Shown here: in pieces, positions 1 to 9,605 of the stretch
Position numbering within the stretch: the stretch's first letter is position 1
Layout: each line of letters opens with the position of its first letter
IMG/VR virus record: IMGVR_UViG_3300027754_000037
DNA: 64,000 nt
DNA from: a virus
Taxonomy: Duplodnaviria > Caudoviricetes
Reading direction: 5' to 3' (one strand)
The notes under the pieces: generated by a model
Told to the model about the DNA's origin: nothing
Seen by the model: only the letters and a program-made list of their open reading frames with translations
The model's database searches: none
Translations under genes and position numbers: made by a program

Positions 1-1487
1 AACATCCAACTGGTCTTTTTTCTATAAGCTCCGTAAATCGACTCCATGAAAGCCTCATCATCATCGTATTTTGTCCAACTTTTATCGGTTGGTGTTGTTT
101 CAGGCGGTTCAAAAGCAGGAGCTTTAGGAGGTGTTACACCTGTGACATATTGTCTAAATAGGGCTTTTTCATGATCGGATAATTTTATCCATGTATAGCT
201 TTTTCGGAGATCTATAAATTCTCCTAATTTACGAGGGTCTCTGAATTCTATTGTGCCATAGTTTATAGCCATACCATTTTCGGGTTCCTTACGAAGACTT
301 TCATAAATTTCCCTAAGTTTATCGTCTGTTATATCGGGTACTGGCTGTTTTCCACCTTCAGGTTGACCTTTGGGAGCCATTACACCTGTGACATATTGTC
401 TGAATAGTGCATGTTGATCAGAACTCAGATTGCCCCAGACATTTGCTTTGTTTTCATCGATGAACTTTTCGGCCTCTGGTGAAGTATCTTTGAGTACGAT
501 ATTTTTATTGTTATATGTTGGTTGTTGGCCTTGTCTTACTTTCTCCCAAATATTTGCGAGCTCTGTTTCTGAAATGCTTTCAGGCGCAATTTCTCCTCCG
601 GGTTGTTCTCCTCCGGGTTGTTCTGCGGGAGCTTGCTGTTGTTGTTGTTTAATGTTTTTAAGAGTAAATTTTATAAAATGTGCATATTTTGCGAAATCTC
701 GATGAGGTGCGCTGCCGGAAAATTGCAAAGTTTTTTCCATAGCATCGATTTTTGCGAGCACATTATCGATTGATTTGCGTGCATTTTCTTGGTCGATTTG
801 TGTGCCTTTTTCTTGCCAACCAGTATGAAAACCTTTATTGCCCATCCAACTCATAACTCCAGAGCCTAATTGGCGTGCGTAGTCCCACAATCCTTCGTTG
901 AGTTCTTTGCCTTGAAGATTTGCGATATAGAACTCATAAACTATTTCTGGGGACATGCCAAATCTTGTAATATCTTTGAGTGTTTGGCGAATTTCATTCT
1001 TGATTTTTGCTTTGCTTGATACCGATTCAGGTAGATATGGGTTATTATGGACGGTGTGATCCTTAACCTCTTCTTTCTCAGCGCCGAAAATTTTGAGACT
1101 GTTGATCAGTCCCATGATTGTATCGTTGAATCTGGGGTTATTGATTTGTTGTTGGAGTGTAGACGACCTTTGAAATCTTGCTGAAAAATCGCTGAGTGCA
1201 GATTGAAGTTCCGAGGATGCTTTTTGGACATTATTTTGGCCGAATCCGAATAACTCAGAGAAAACATCGTTGGGATTGATATTCTTTTGTACAAAATGGA
1301 GTTGATGTTGAAGCCACTTTTGTGCAGATTCTTGGAGTTCATTTCTTTGCTGATAGTGGATTCCATTTGAGAAGTACCATTCAACAAATTTTTTGGGGCT
1401 TACGCCAGCTTGCTCCATGAGATCAAGACAATTTTGCAAATTTTTTATATGGTTTGTAAAACGAAGACTTTCAGAAAATGTTTTCAT
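1..1487 (-). CDS. Hypothetical protein, probable internal head protein; 3' end truncated by the window edge (>=495 aa)
   Basis: Read manually (absent from the ORF track because it has no stop in the window): ATG at 1487 after GGTGAGGA SD, MKTFSESLRF..., open to position 1; internal repeat ALFRQYVTGV twice, 246 nt apart. Confidence 0.8.
   Translation of the reverse strand, partial: MKTFSESLRFTNHIKNLQNCLDLMEQAGVSPKKFVEWYFSNGIHYQQRNELQESAQKWLQHQLHFVQKNINPNDVFSELFGFGQNNVQKASSELQSALSDFSARFQRSSTLQQQINNPRFNDTIMGLINSLKIFGAEKEEVKDHTVHNNPYLPESVSSKAKIKNEIRQTLKDITRFGMSPEIVYEFYIANLQGKELNEGLWDYARQLGSGVMSWMGNKGFHTGWQEKGTQIDQENARKSIDNVLAKIDAMEKTLQFSGSAPHRDFAKYAHFIKFTLKNIKQQQQQAPAEQPGGEQPGGEIAPESISETELANIWEKVRQGQQPTYNNKNIVLKDTSPEAEKFIDENKANVWGNLSSDQHALFRQYVTGVMAPKGQPEGGKQPVPDITDDKLREIYESLRKEPENGMAINYGTIEFRDPRKLGEFIDLRKSYTWIKLSDHEKALFRQYVTGVTPPKAPAFEPPETTPTDKSWTKYDDDEAFMESIYGAYRKKTSWM
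134..401 (-). repeat. Intragenic ~82-aa domain duplication (22-nt identical core)
   Basis: ttacacctgtgacatattgtct at 134 and 380; encodes RQYVTGV in both copies. Confidence 0.75.
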
Positions 1488-1589
1488 GCTTCCTCACCTA
1501 GAACTGTCGTTATTTTATATATTTAGTGAGGCTTAAAATAAAACACCCGTTCTTTGGGAACGGGTATTTTATTTAATTTTGAATTAAAC

Positions 1590-1823
1590 TTAGACGATCC
1601 AGTTTCCACCAGCGCCATTGCTGTAGTCGGTGGGATCTTCAGGAGTGTCGGTGAAAGCCTCTCCGTCGAGCAGTTCGAGGACCTTACGGCCACCGTCAGA
1701 GTCAACGGTCTCGAGGTAAGCGGTGCGTTGAATGGAAACGCCACTCACGACTGCTGTGTCGAGAGAGCCTTCGCTGGCCAGATTGACCAAAGAAGGGGTG
1801 AGTTGAATAGTGTAACTTGCCAT
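1590..1823 (-). CDS. Small acidic hypothetical protein (possibly virion)
   Basis: 77 aa, SD AAAGGA, upstream CATATATA box at 1860-1867. Confidence 0.7.
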   Translation of the reverse strand: MASYTIQLTPSLVNLASEGSLDTAVVSGVSIQRTAYLETVDSDGGRKVLELLDGEAFTDTPEDPTDYSNGAGGNWIV

Positions 1824-1884
1824 GTTTGTGTTCCTTTTTGCAAAAAGATTTTAACAGATTATATATGCTTATTATCTCAAATTC

Positions 1885-2433
1885 TTAACTAAGGGGTTTC
1901 AGAGTAAAATTAAATTGTCTTTCACCCGGTTTTTTCGCACTTGCATTCGTATACAGGGTCACGCAGACATTCTTGCTTACCGGATCAAATGCCACTATTT
2001 TCCAATCTGGACTGGTTAGCAGCATCCTACGGGGCATGATTTCCTCGTAGTAAATCCAAGTCTTGTTATTTATGTACTTGTAGATATTATTATACATCAA
2101 ATACTTTGCTGTTGATGTATTTTTGATTAATTTTACGGTTTTAATGGAAACATTATTGACGATCATTTTAGTTTTATTGATATCAACGACTTCGCCTTGG
2201 TTTGTCAATTTGAAGGATGGCCTGAGGTATGAATCGGCGTAGCTCCATGCGTTAGAATCGACTTTTTCTTGTAAAACTTGATTATATGCTGCTGCTGCTA
2301 TGGGGCTTAGATCTATGATTTTTCCCGTGTTTACTACGATAGTTTTACTGCGATCTAGTTTGGAATCCAGCATGGCCAAAAGTGTTTCTTTGGCAAGTTT
2401 TTCGTAGGTTGTACAAGGTTGTTTGTAAATCAT
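1885..2433 (-). CDS. Hypothetical protein
   Basis: 182-aa ORF filling the gap between neighbours; no motif recognised. Confidence 0.7.
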   Translation of the reverse strand: MIYKQPCTTYEKLAKETLLAMLDSKLDRSKTIVVNTGKIIDLSPIAAAAYNQVLQEKVDSNAWSYADSYLRPSFKLTNQGEVVDINKTKMIVNNVSIKTVKLIKNTSTAKYLMYNNIYKYINNKTWIYYEEIMPRRMLLTSPDWKIVAFDPVSKNVCVTLYTNASAKKPGERQFNFTLKPLS

Positions 2434-2468
2434 AAGGTTTTTTCTCTACTACTACAGGTATTTAGGCT

Positions 2469-2684
2469 ATGACCGAACAAAACGAAGACTGCTATTTTTG
2501 GGTTGACATTTCTCTGCCTGAGGCGGAGCGTGTCGTAAATGCCATGTGCGTCAATTGTCATGACACCAATCCAACCAAGGGCTGGCTTTGGGAAGGATCG
2601 AATAGGGGTTACGGCCCCCACGAAATGACTTGTGATGTTTGTGGTCACATCATATATCAACCACCAGTTCTGAGGCCACAATGA
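2469..2684 (+). CDS. Small zinc-ribbon protein
   Basis: CVNC...CDVC pairs; stop overlaps next start (ATGA at 2681-2684). Confidence 0.7.
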   Translation: MTEQNEDCYFWVDISLPEAERVVNAMCVNCHDTNPTKGWLWEGSNRGYGPHEMTCDVCGHIIYQPPVLRPQ

Positions 2685-3436
2685 AGCAATTGCGTCCCAT
2701 CATAAAATTAAACAACGAGAAGTATGCCTTGCGTGATTGGATTTTGTCGCAATTTCCAGAAAATTACGAGGCAATGACATATGTCGAACCCTACGGTGGC
2801 AGCGCAGACATTCTTTTTTGCAAAAACAGGTCCACCACAGAAATCATCAATGATAGAGATGTAGAAATCGTCAATATTCTGCGAGCGGTCAGAGATGAAT
2901 CCAGCGAATTAGTCAAAAGGTTGAGCGCTTTTAAAACTGTTGCAGATGTCTTTGAAAAAGTAAATAAAAAGAAGAATTTTGATGACTATCTGGACCACGC
3001 CACTCACGACCTATACCTAAGAAAAATCAGCAGAAATGGAAATAAAAGCCAATTTTCTAAACCGAGTAGTCCTACAATTTGGAAGAATAACATCAAATCA
3101 ATTAATGATTATAGCATAAGATTGCAAGATGTTTATCTTTTTTGTAAACCTGCTTTAGAAGTTATCTATGCTTTTAACTGTGAGGACACATTTTTGTATT
3201 GTGATCCATCGTATTTGATAGACAACAAGGTATCGAAGACGGTTTACACATCAGATATGCCACCTGAAGATCATATTGAGTTGAGCAGGTTTTTGAATGA
3301 CTTTTCTGGCAAGGTTGTTTTAAGTGGTGTGATGTCACCTTTATACGCCAGACTTTACAAGAATTGGAACATGTCGAAGAAGCGTATTGCGACAGGCAAA
3401 GAGAAAAGAACAGAGATTATCTGGAAGAATTTTTAG
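2681..3436 (+). CDS. dam: DNA adenine methyltransferase, Dam/D12 family, with variant catalytic motif
   Basis: YVEPYGGSA (SAM-binding motif I), EIIND, YCDPSY in place of DPPY; start taken at the ATGA overlap. Confidence 0.8.
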   Translation: MKQLRPIIKLNNEKYALRDWILSQFPENYEAMTYVEPYGGSADILFCKNRSTTEIINDRDVEIVNILRAVRDESSELVKRLSAFKTVADVFEKVNKKKNFDDYLDHATHDLYLRKISRNGNKSQFSKPSSPTIWKNNIKSINDYSIRLQDVYLFCKPALEVIYAFNCEDTFLYCDPSYLIDNKVSKTVYTSDMPPEDHIELSRFLNDFSGKVVLSGVMSPLYARLYKNWNMSKKRIATGKEKRTEIIWKNF

Positions 3437-3484
3437 TCGCCCAACTTGCATAGATAAATCTCACAAAAAGTGGGAGGTCGATGC

Positions 3485-4045
3485 GTGTTAAGTTTTTTTC
3501 AAATGTGCGAAGTTTTAGAAAACTACATCGGCTACACAATTTACTGTGATTTAGATGGAGTATTGGTCGATCTAGAAAGAGGCGTAAGAGAAAATCTTGG
3601 CATGGGAAGTCCCATGAGTAGACTTGAGATGGTGAGATCTTTGGCGAGGATGAGGCGCAATAGTGATGAAGAGTTGGTGGAATTTTTCGCAAATTTGCCT
3701 TGGACTGAGGATGGGGAAAGATTATGGACATATCTAACGCCTTACGAGCCTTTGATTTTGACAGGCGGAGCGGAAGAAGCCAATGCGATTGGAGCAGGCA
3801 AAAACAGATGGGTACAGAGAAATCTTGGAATATCTGCAAGTAAAATTATTCACGAGAGTAACAAATCTAAGTTTGCGGGTCCAAATAAAATTATAATTGA
3901 TGATTATGACAAGAATGCCCGAGATTTCACTTCTGCTGGTGGCATAGGAATTTTACATACCAATACAGGTAACACGATTTCGCAGCTTAAAAACATTATT
4001 GTTGGTCAAATAAAGCCTAATCTTAGTGTGAGGGGGTTATCATGA
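3485..4045 (+). CDS. HAD-family 5'(3')-deoxyribonucleotidase-like protein
   Basis: IYCDLDGVLVD (DxDGV) and IIIDDY motifs; GTG start at 3485 follows GGAGGT by 7 nt. Confidence 0.8.
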   Translation: MLSFFQMCEVLENYIGYTIYCDLDGVLVDLERGVRENLGMGSPMSRLEMVRSLARMRRNSDEELVEFFANLPWTEDGERLWTYLTPYEPLILTGGAEEANAIGAGKNRWVQRNLGISASKIIHESNKSKFAGPNKIIIDDYDKNARDFTSAGGIGILHTNTGNTISQLKNIIVGQIKPNLSVRGLS

Positions 4046-4260
4046 AGTGTGACATGCCGGACTGTTGTAACGATTTTGTTAAAACTTATAAATTACATGG
4101 AATTTATGCGGGAGTGGCGCAAAAAGTCGAAGTGTATTTTTGCAATAATCACAAGATCAATGAAATCAACAAAAGAATTGATGAAATATGCGATAACAAG
4201 ATTTGTACTTTGCAGAATGTGAATCCATTTAAAGATGTGAAAATGCACATCAATTCATAG
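4042..4260 (+). CDS. Small Cys-containing hypothetical protein
   Basis: 72 aa, ATGA overlap with upstream gene; CxxxxC and CxxH. Confidence 0.6.
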   Translation: MKCDMPDCCNDFVKTYKLHGIYAGVAQKVEVYFCNNHKINEINKRIDEICDNKICTLQNVNPFKDVKMHINS

Positions 4261-4267
4261 ATAAAGC

Positions 4268-4474
4268 ATGAGGTCTTTTAAAGAATATCTATCAGACAAG
4301 CTTTCACATGACCAGCCTCCTAGTGCTGGCGATTTGGGAGACAATCACTCCAATGCTGACAGGAATTTTGGTCGTAGTGGCGCTAAGTCGAAGAATGTGA
4401 TGTCCGGGGGGTCTAAGTCGATTAGTGATTTGAATCCAGATCGTTTATTTGGCAAAAAAAGGTTTAAAAAATGA
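4268..4474 (+). CDS. Small basic protein with capsid-targeting-like N-terminus
   Basis: MRSFKEYL; CATAGATA box 4 nt upstream. Confidence 0.7.
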   Translation: MRSFKEYLSDKLSHDQPPSAGDLGDNHSNADRNFGRSGAKSKNVMSGGSKSISDLNPDRLFGKKRFKK

Positions 4475-4776
4475 ATTTTCAAAGATTGTGGGAAAACATG
4501 AAGTTGGGGGAAGAGAAAAAGCAGTCTCCCGATGACAAGGCCATGTCTGCAATCAGAACTGGTTTGGGTTTGCGTGAAGACTTTTGGGATGATTTCAATC
4601 TGATTGTGAATAACGCAGAGGGGTTATCAGCCCTGTTGGACATACCTGTGGAGAAGATATCCACATGGCGCAGCAAAGTTGAAGAGGTTCTTGACAAGGT
4701 TCGTGAGGCAGATGGCCAAAGCGAAGTGGGCAAGAACAAGAAAATTGTTAAAACTGGAATATCGGTGGGAGAATAA
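4471..4776 (+). CDS. Hypothetical protein
   Basis: 101 aa, overlaps both neighbours (ATGA, TAATG). Confidence 0.75.
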   Translation: MNFQRLWENMKLGEEKKQSPDDKAMSAIRTGLGLREDFWDDFNLIVNNAEGLSALLDIPVEKISTWRSKVEEVLDKVREADGQSEVGKNKKIVKTGISVGE

Positions 4777-5159
4777 TGAAAAATTTCCTTGAATTTATGC
4801 AGATGAAAGAAGACGATAACCAATCCCAAATTGCACCGGGGGGTCAAACTCCCTTGGGTCACGCATCTGGCGCTGGAGCACTACCTCAGACTGCTCCCGG
4901 TTCTCAACACGAGGAAAAAATCATAGAGGAATTGGGCAATTCTTTGCGCCGTGTTCTGGAAGAGAAATTATTTCCAGCTTTGGAAAAAAGCCATTTAAGC
5001 AAGACTAGTGCCATGAAACTGCTGCAAACAATAGTGAGTGAGGTTGCCAACAAGTTTGGATTGAGCGCATCGGCAGTTCAACAGACAGGCAAGAATGCTA
5101 TGACTACGAATTCTGAGCCTCGGATGCCTGCTCCGAATCAACCAACGGCTGCTGGCTGA
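4776..5159 (+). CDS. Hypothetical protein with capsid-targeting-like N-terminus
   Basis: MKNFLEFMQMKE; P/G/Q-rich ends. Confidence 0.75.
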   Translation: MKNFLEFMQMKEDDNQSQIAPGGQTPLGHASGAGALPQTAPGSQHEEKIIEELGNSLRRVLEEKLFPALEKSHLSKTSAMKLLQTIVSEVANKFGLSASAVQQTGKNAMTTNSEPRMPAPNQPTAAG

Positions 5160-5895
5160 GAAAATCCTTGATTTCTTCGTAATTGGCTATTTTTTGATAT
5201 AGATTTTCATCATTGAGTTTATTGCTTGGACCCATGATGTCCTCAAGATGTTGCCAATTAATTATTTTGCAATTTAGGAAATCAAATATTCTTTGTATTT
5301 CTGCTTTCCAATTATCTGAATATAAGTCCTCGTAATAGACTTGGATGCCATTTTTGATTTTATCTTCGTAAATTTTTATGAGTTCAAAATTTTTTTTTGT
5401 GATTTCTAGGTTGACAAGAGGAACTGAACCCATTCTTTCGTACAAAAGCTGTAAGTCTCTATCTCTGTTGTCTTGTCTGATTGAGCCATTTTTATTTCTT
5501 TTTGTGGCGTGCCAAATTTCACTAATTTTAGCAACATGGAATGATAGGGCAGCAAGAGCTAAATCTTTTCTGGTGAGAAAAATTACAGGGTATTTTTCAA
5601 GAATTATTTCATTATTGATTTGACTCAATTGCAAGAAAATATGTTTAAAAACTTGGCATTTTTGAAAAATTTGATTGAAAACTTCAGTTGGTTTTTCAGT
5701 TTGGATTAATTTTGTGAATATGTTATCGAATTTGTCATCGTTATTTAAACAATTAGCACGATTGAATGGTTCATCGAATACTGATATTCCCTGTGATCTA
5801 AGTGCTTCTAGAAGACTTCTGCTCCCTGCCCTGTAATGTGTAAAAATAACAAAATTTTTACGATTTACATATAACATAATTGTTTGTCGATCCAT
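5104..5895 (-). CDS. Sulfotransferase (Stf0-like)
   Basis: FVIFTHYRAGSRSL (5'-PSB loop), EPFN, IFLTRKDLALAALS (3'-PB Arg/Ser). Real start may lie a few codons downstream. Confidence 0.75.
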   Translation of the reverse strand: MDRQTIMLYVNRKNFVIFTHYRAGSRSLLEALRSQGISVFDEPFNRANCLNNDDKFDNIFTKLIQTEKPTEVFNQIFQKCQVFKHIFLQLSQINNEIILEKYPVIFLTRKDLALAALSFHVAKISEIWHATKRNKNGSIRQDNRDRDLQLLYERMGSVPLVNLEITKKNFELIKIYEDKIKNGIQVYYEDLYSDNWKAEIQRIFDFLNCKIINWQHLEDIMGPSNKLNDENLYQKIANYEEIKDFLSQQPLVDSEQASEAQNS

Positions 5896-5937
5896 TTAAA
5901 CATGCCACAATCATATATAACTAAACATGGAGGTTTT

Positions 5938-6357
5938 ATGCAAAAATCATTGACAACAGATGAAGTGCAGGAAGTTTTAAAAAGATTACAGAATTTTTTA
6001 GAAGATGCCAAGGGGCAATGGGCGACTGAAAATCCAACATCTAGCTCTTGGGTTCAGATCAACAAAACCAACTTGGTGAATGTGACTGTCTTTTTGCTGA
6101 ATAAGACTGACGATTTGATTCAGTATGTTGAAACATTTATTTCATATGGCCCTGACAAGAAAGCTGCGGCTCTTCTTATTCTTGCCAAATTATTCGATTC
6201 AATAGCAGGTTCTGCTTTTCCTATTTGGATCAAACCTTTTGTACCTACTATCAAACAAATATTGATCAATATTGTTCTGGGCAATTTGATTGACTTTATC
6301 GTTTCCAAGTACAAGGGTGGTTTTTGGAAAATGGAGCAAAATGACGCAACAAAATAA
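5938..6357 (+). CDS. Hypothetical protein with hydrophobic/amphipathic C-terminal helices
   Basis: GGAGG SD before ATG 5938; overlaps the subtilase start. Confidence 0.7.
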   Translation: MQKSLTTDEVQEVLKRLQNFLEDAKGQWATENPTSSSWVQINKTNLVNVTVFLLNKTDDLIQYVETFISYGPDKKAAALLILAKLFDSIAGSAFPIWIKPFVPTIKQILINIVLGNLIDFIVSKYKGGFWKMEQNDATK

Positions 6358-7291
6358 CACCATAGGGCTTTTGCCTTTTATTCGTGAAGATGTCTTGAGT
6401 GTTCAAGATGTTCAGCAAAAATCTGGATGGGAGATCACGGCGTTTGATCTACCTAACGCTTGGAATTTCACCGAGGGCGAAGGCGTTAAGGTTGCAGTTC
6501 TTGATACTGGAGCGGATTTAAATCATCCCGATTTGAAAGACAATTTGCTTCCGGGGAAGAACTTTGTCGATACGAATAATCCACCGCAAGATGATAACGG
6601 CCACGGCAGTCATGTATCGGGAATTATTTGTGCACTTAACAATGATTTAGGAATTGTTGGCGTTGCTCCTAAGGCTAAAGTCGTGCCTGTTAAAGTATTG
6701 GACAGCAACGGAAACGGGACCTTACAAACAGTAGCTGCGGGCATTCGTTGGGCTGCTGATGCTGGAGTTGATTTTATCACGATGTCTTTAGGATCTCCCG
6801 AACCGACTCCTTCGATACATAGTGCGATTGTTTATGCTGCATCCAAGGGAATTGTGACATTTTGCGCTGCTGGCAACGCTGGCCAGACTAGACAAATTTT
6901 TTATCCCGCAGCTTATCCAGAAGCTGTTGGTATTGGAGCGATTGATGAAAATTTTAATCGTGCGAATTTTTCATGTACTGGCCCCGACCTAGACTTCTTG
7001 GCTCCCGGTGTGAAAATTTTGAGCACAGTTCCCGTCAATTGGTACTCTGTATTGTCTGGTACGAGCATGGCGAATCCATTTGCGGTGGGCATTGCATGTT
7101 TGATGCTTTCTCACAAGCGCAAGCACAATTTGAAAATTAAGCTTGAAACAGCACAAGATTATATCGAAATGCTAAAAAGCTACACGATTCCCACCAGCGA
7201 TCCTGAATTTGCTGGAAAACACTTCTTTGAGGGTTTTGGAATTATTGATGCACGCAAAATGAATGAGTGGATCAAAACCAACAAAGACTGA
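6341..7291 (+). CDS. Subtilisin-family (S8) serine protease, intracellular type
   Basis: Catalytic VLDTG, HGSHVSG, GTSMANP, oxyanion AAGN; no signal peptide; LLPF near the N-terminus; SD GGAG. Confidence 0.93.
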   Translation: MTQQNNTIGLLPFIREDVLSVQDVQQKSGWEITAFDLPNAWNFTEGEGVKVAVLDTGADLNHPDLKDNLLPGKNFVDTNNPPQDDNGHGSHVSGIICALNNDLGIVGVAPKAKVVPVKVLDSNGNGTLQTVAAGIRWAADAGVDFITMSLGSPEPTPSIHSAIVYAASKGIVTFCAAGNAGQTRQIFYPAAYPEAVGIGAIDENFNRANFSCTGPDLDFLAPGVKILSTVPVNWYSVLSGTSMANPFAVGIACLMLSHKRKHNLKIKLETAQDYIEMLKSYTIPTSDPEFAGKHFFEGFGIIDARKMNEWIKTNKD

Positions 7292-7298
7292 TTTTGTT

Positions 7299-7333
7299 CC
7301 CAAGGGAAATTAAATTTCGTAGTTTCCCTTGGG
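7299..7333. terminator. Hairpin between convergent genes (bidirectional terminator)
   Basis: cccaagggaaa / tttcccttggg perfect 11-bp stem with T-rich flanks. Confidence 0.6.
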
Positions 7334-7858
7334 GTTTTCCAATTCTTGGATCATTTTTTTAAGTTCAGCAGCAACTTCGTAGTTTTCAACAGCTACGACT
7401 TTTTTAATTTTTTCTCTTAATTTTCTGATTTTTTCCACGGTTGCCTCATTAAGAACTGTGCATCCCCAAGTGTTCGGCTTTTTTCCGATATGTTTAACAC
7501 CATCTTGGCAACGATAAAAAAGATCAATTGCCAGATTTTCAAATGTCGAATAGCAATTTGCGCATCCAAATCTAGAATTTTCAATGATTTTTTTATAATT
7601 GATGCCACAAGTGCATTTTTTGGTATAAATATCCGTATCCAAGTTGGCTATCTTGTCAATCAAATTGATTAATGAATCAATATTTGGTGTAGTGGGAATC
7701 TTGATAAGTGACAATTTTTGTGAATATTCAATTCCACACTCATCACAGAGTTGTAAATCAATTATTTGTTCTTTTTTAATATCAGTAACATTAATGCTTT
7801 TGTGTTTCGAGCATGCTTTGCCAGACAGAGGGCATTTATCCACAGTATCAATCCTCAA
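7310..7858 (-). CDS. mcsA: McsA-like protein-arginine kinase activator (CxxC clusters + UVR domain)
   Basis: LCDEC, CTCG...RFGCANCYSTF, KHIGKKP, and C-terminal ENYEVAAELKKMI UVR motif, colinear with Bacillus McsA. Confidence 0.85.
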   Translation of the reverse strand: MRIDTVDKCPLSGKACSKHKSINVTDIKKEQIIDLQLCDECGIEYSQKLSLIKIPTTPNIDSLINLIDKIANLDTDIYTKKCTCGINYKKIIENSRFGCANCYSTFENLAIDLFYRCQDGVKHIGKKPNTWGCTVLNEATVEKIRKLREKIKKVVAVENYEVAAELKKMIQELENPKGNYEI

Positions 7859-8681
7859 AAAGTGTTCCTGCGACTCTCAGGATAAATCCATCTGTTTCGA
7901 TTGCGCCAGAACCAGCGGGAATGGTTCTTCTAATCCAAATCGGAATAATATCCAAACCTTTCATTTCACCAAGCACCGCATCGGTTGCATCGAATGTTAC
8001 ATTGTTTGGTGCTGTTGTGTCTATATCAATTGAATCGGCTTCGCTGTTTACTGGAGAGCCATTACTGGTTTTTTGTACTGTAGCCGTGGGTTGTGGATTT
8101 GATGGATTTGAAAGTGTAATGTTAAGAGTTTCCATGATATCGTGAAATCTATTACCAGCTTTGGTTACAAAGTCTACTTGGAAAGTCAAGGGGTTGCCGG
8201 GAATTTGACTGCCTGTAACTGTCACATTTCCTGCTCCTAATGCACTTTCCATACCGCTCAATACTGAAGCTGTCATGTTCGTGATAGTGTCTGCGTTTAC
8301 CGTGAAGGTGCTGTTGCCTTGTGCATTTGTGTATTTGACATCAAAACTTCCGGTTGTAGTTCCTTCTGTAAAATTGCCGACAAAAATATATTGCCTTTCG
8401 TTTTGAAAAATAAACCCGAAATCTACAGTCACATCCCCCGGCGCATCGTAATACATGGAAACTGTAGTTGCAAATAAAGAATCTGATGCATTTTCGTTTA
8501 CCAAGTAAACGCAACGATAGTCTACTCTGCCAACTAATGCTTGATTAGCGGACACATTGTTAAATAGATTTGTGCCAATTACATACTGGAGAGATGGCGT
8601 TCCTCCAATTGATAGTTGAGGTGAAGTCGGACTTCCGTCGCCGCTGTACACATATCTAATTTTTGTTTTGTCGATTGGCAT
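7848..8681 (-). CDS. Putative virion structural protein (beta-rich)
   Basis: T/S/G/N-rich 277 aa; SIGG...NLFNNVS...DYRCVYLVN pattern typical of phage tail-associated proteins; GAGGT SD; CATAGATA box upstream. Confidence 0.55.
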   Translation of the reverse strand: MPIDKTKIRYVYSGDGSPTSPQLSIGGTPSLQYVIGTNLFNNVSANQALVGRVDYRCVYLVNENASDSLFATTVSMYYDAPGDVTVDFGFIFQNERQYIFVGNFTEGTTTGSFDVKYTNAQGNSTFTVNADTITNMTASVLSGMESALGAGNVTVTGSQIPGNPLTFQVDFVTKAGNRFHDIMETLNITLSNPSNPQPTATVQKTSNGSPVNSEADSIDIDTTAPNNVTFDATDAVLGEMKGLDIIPIWIRRTIPAGSGAIETDGFILRVAGTLFED

Positions 8682-8768
8682 AATTTACCTCGGAAAATAT
8701 CTATGTTTGACTCTTATAAGTTAGAAATATAAAATTAATTGTTGCGTTTATTTAAATAACGAGGCGAA

Positions 8769-9605
8769 ATGCGAACTACAGCAAAACATGCTGGTGTGAT
8801 GGATTTTCCTCGTGCGAAAGCATACAAGCGTCATATTGTCTGGAAGGCAAGTGAAGCTACGCCTTCTTTCTTGCAGATCTACACCAAAGGTTTAGAATAC
8901 GCTCTGGTTTCAGACAATTACGAGCAAGTCCATGAATTCGTTTTATGCAAGGATTTCTTGCACGATGTGATATTTTCTTGTACAAACAACTTGCCGTTTC
9001 AAATTTACAAATTTTCATATAGTCCTGATTTATCACCAAAATGCAGCTTTAAGAAGTTAAAACTTTTAGTTACGAATTCTCAGGACAAAAAGTTTTCATC
9101 TAAAGTTAAAACTGCTTTGGAATTTATAAATCAATTTGAAGATATGCTTAAAATGCCTCGCAGCAGGTTTCGAGAGTGTTCTAATCTACCGGCAAAGTAT
9201 GGACACTCTGGAATTTACTTGTTTGAAGCTCATCGAAGGTGGTTACAGGCACCTCCTTTGATTTCTCTTTATACGCTTTTGTTGCGGATAGGTTTTGTTC
9301 ATGTGAGTGGCGAAAATTTCTGGTGTACTATTGAAAAAGTCAACAACAAATTAGTGAGTCCCTATCAAAAAAAAGATGCCAAGTGGTTGCGGGTTGTAGA
9401 TTCTGCAATTCGCAAAATTGCAAAATACGGTGACAGGAAAATATTTTACAAAGATATTTCTTACAATTATCCCAGAAATTTGCATATGGAAACCGTGCAT
9501 AATCGTCTGGGTATATTGAATTTTTCACACGACATGATTTGTGCTGAAAAAGGTCAACATGTAATCATGCAGTATTGGCATCGTTCAATTAAGGGGGCTT
9601 TATGA
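8769..9605 (+). CDS. Hypothetical protein translationally coupled to the COOH-NH2 ligase
   Basis: 278 aa, SD GAGG, ATGA overlap with 9602. Confidence 0.75.
   Translation: MRTTAKHAGVMDFPRAKAYKRHIVWKASEATPSFLQIYTKGLEYALVSDNYEQVHEFVLCKDFLHDVIFSCTNNLPFQIYKFSYSPDLSPKCSFKKLKLLVTNSQDKKFSSKVKTALEFINQFEDMLKMPRSRFRECSNLPAKYGHSGIYLFEAHRRWLQAPPLISLYTLLLRIGFVHVSGENFWCTIEKVNNKLVSPYQKKDAKWLRVVDSAIRKIAKYGDRKIFYKDISYNYPRNLHMETVHNRLGILNFSHDMICAEKGQHVIMQYWHRSIKGAL

Noticed and set aside
3481-3549. 22-codon ORF starting at ATG 3481 right after GGAGGT
   Set aside because: SD spacing is only 2-3 nt; the GTG at 3485 is correctly spaced and in frame with the nucleotidase.
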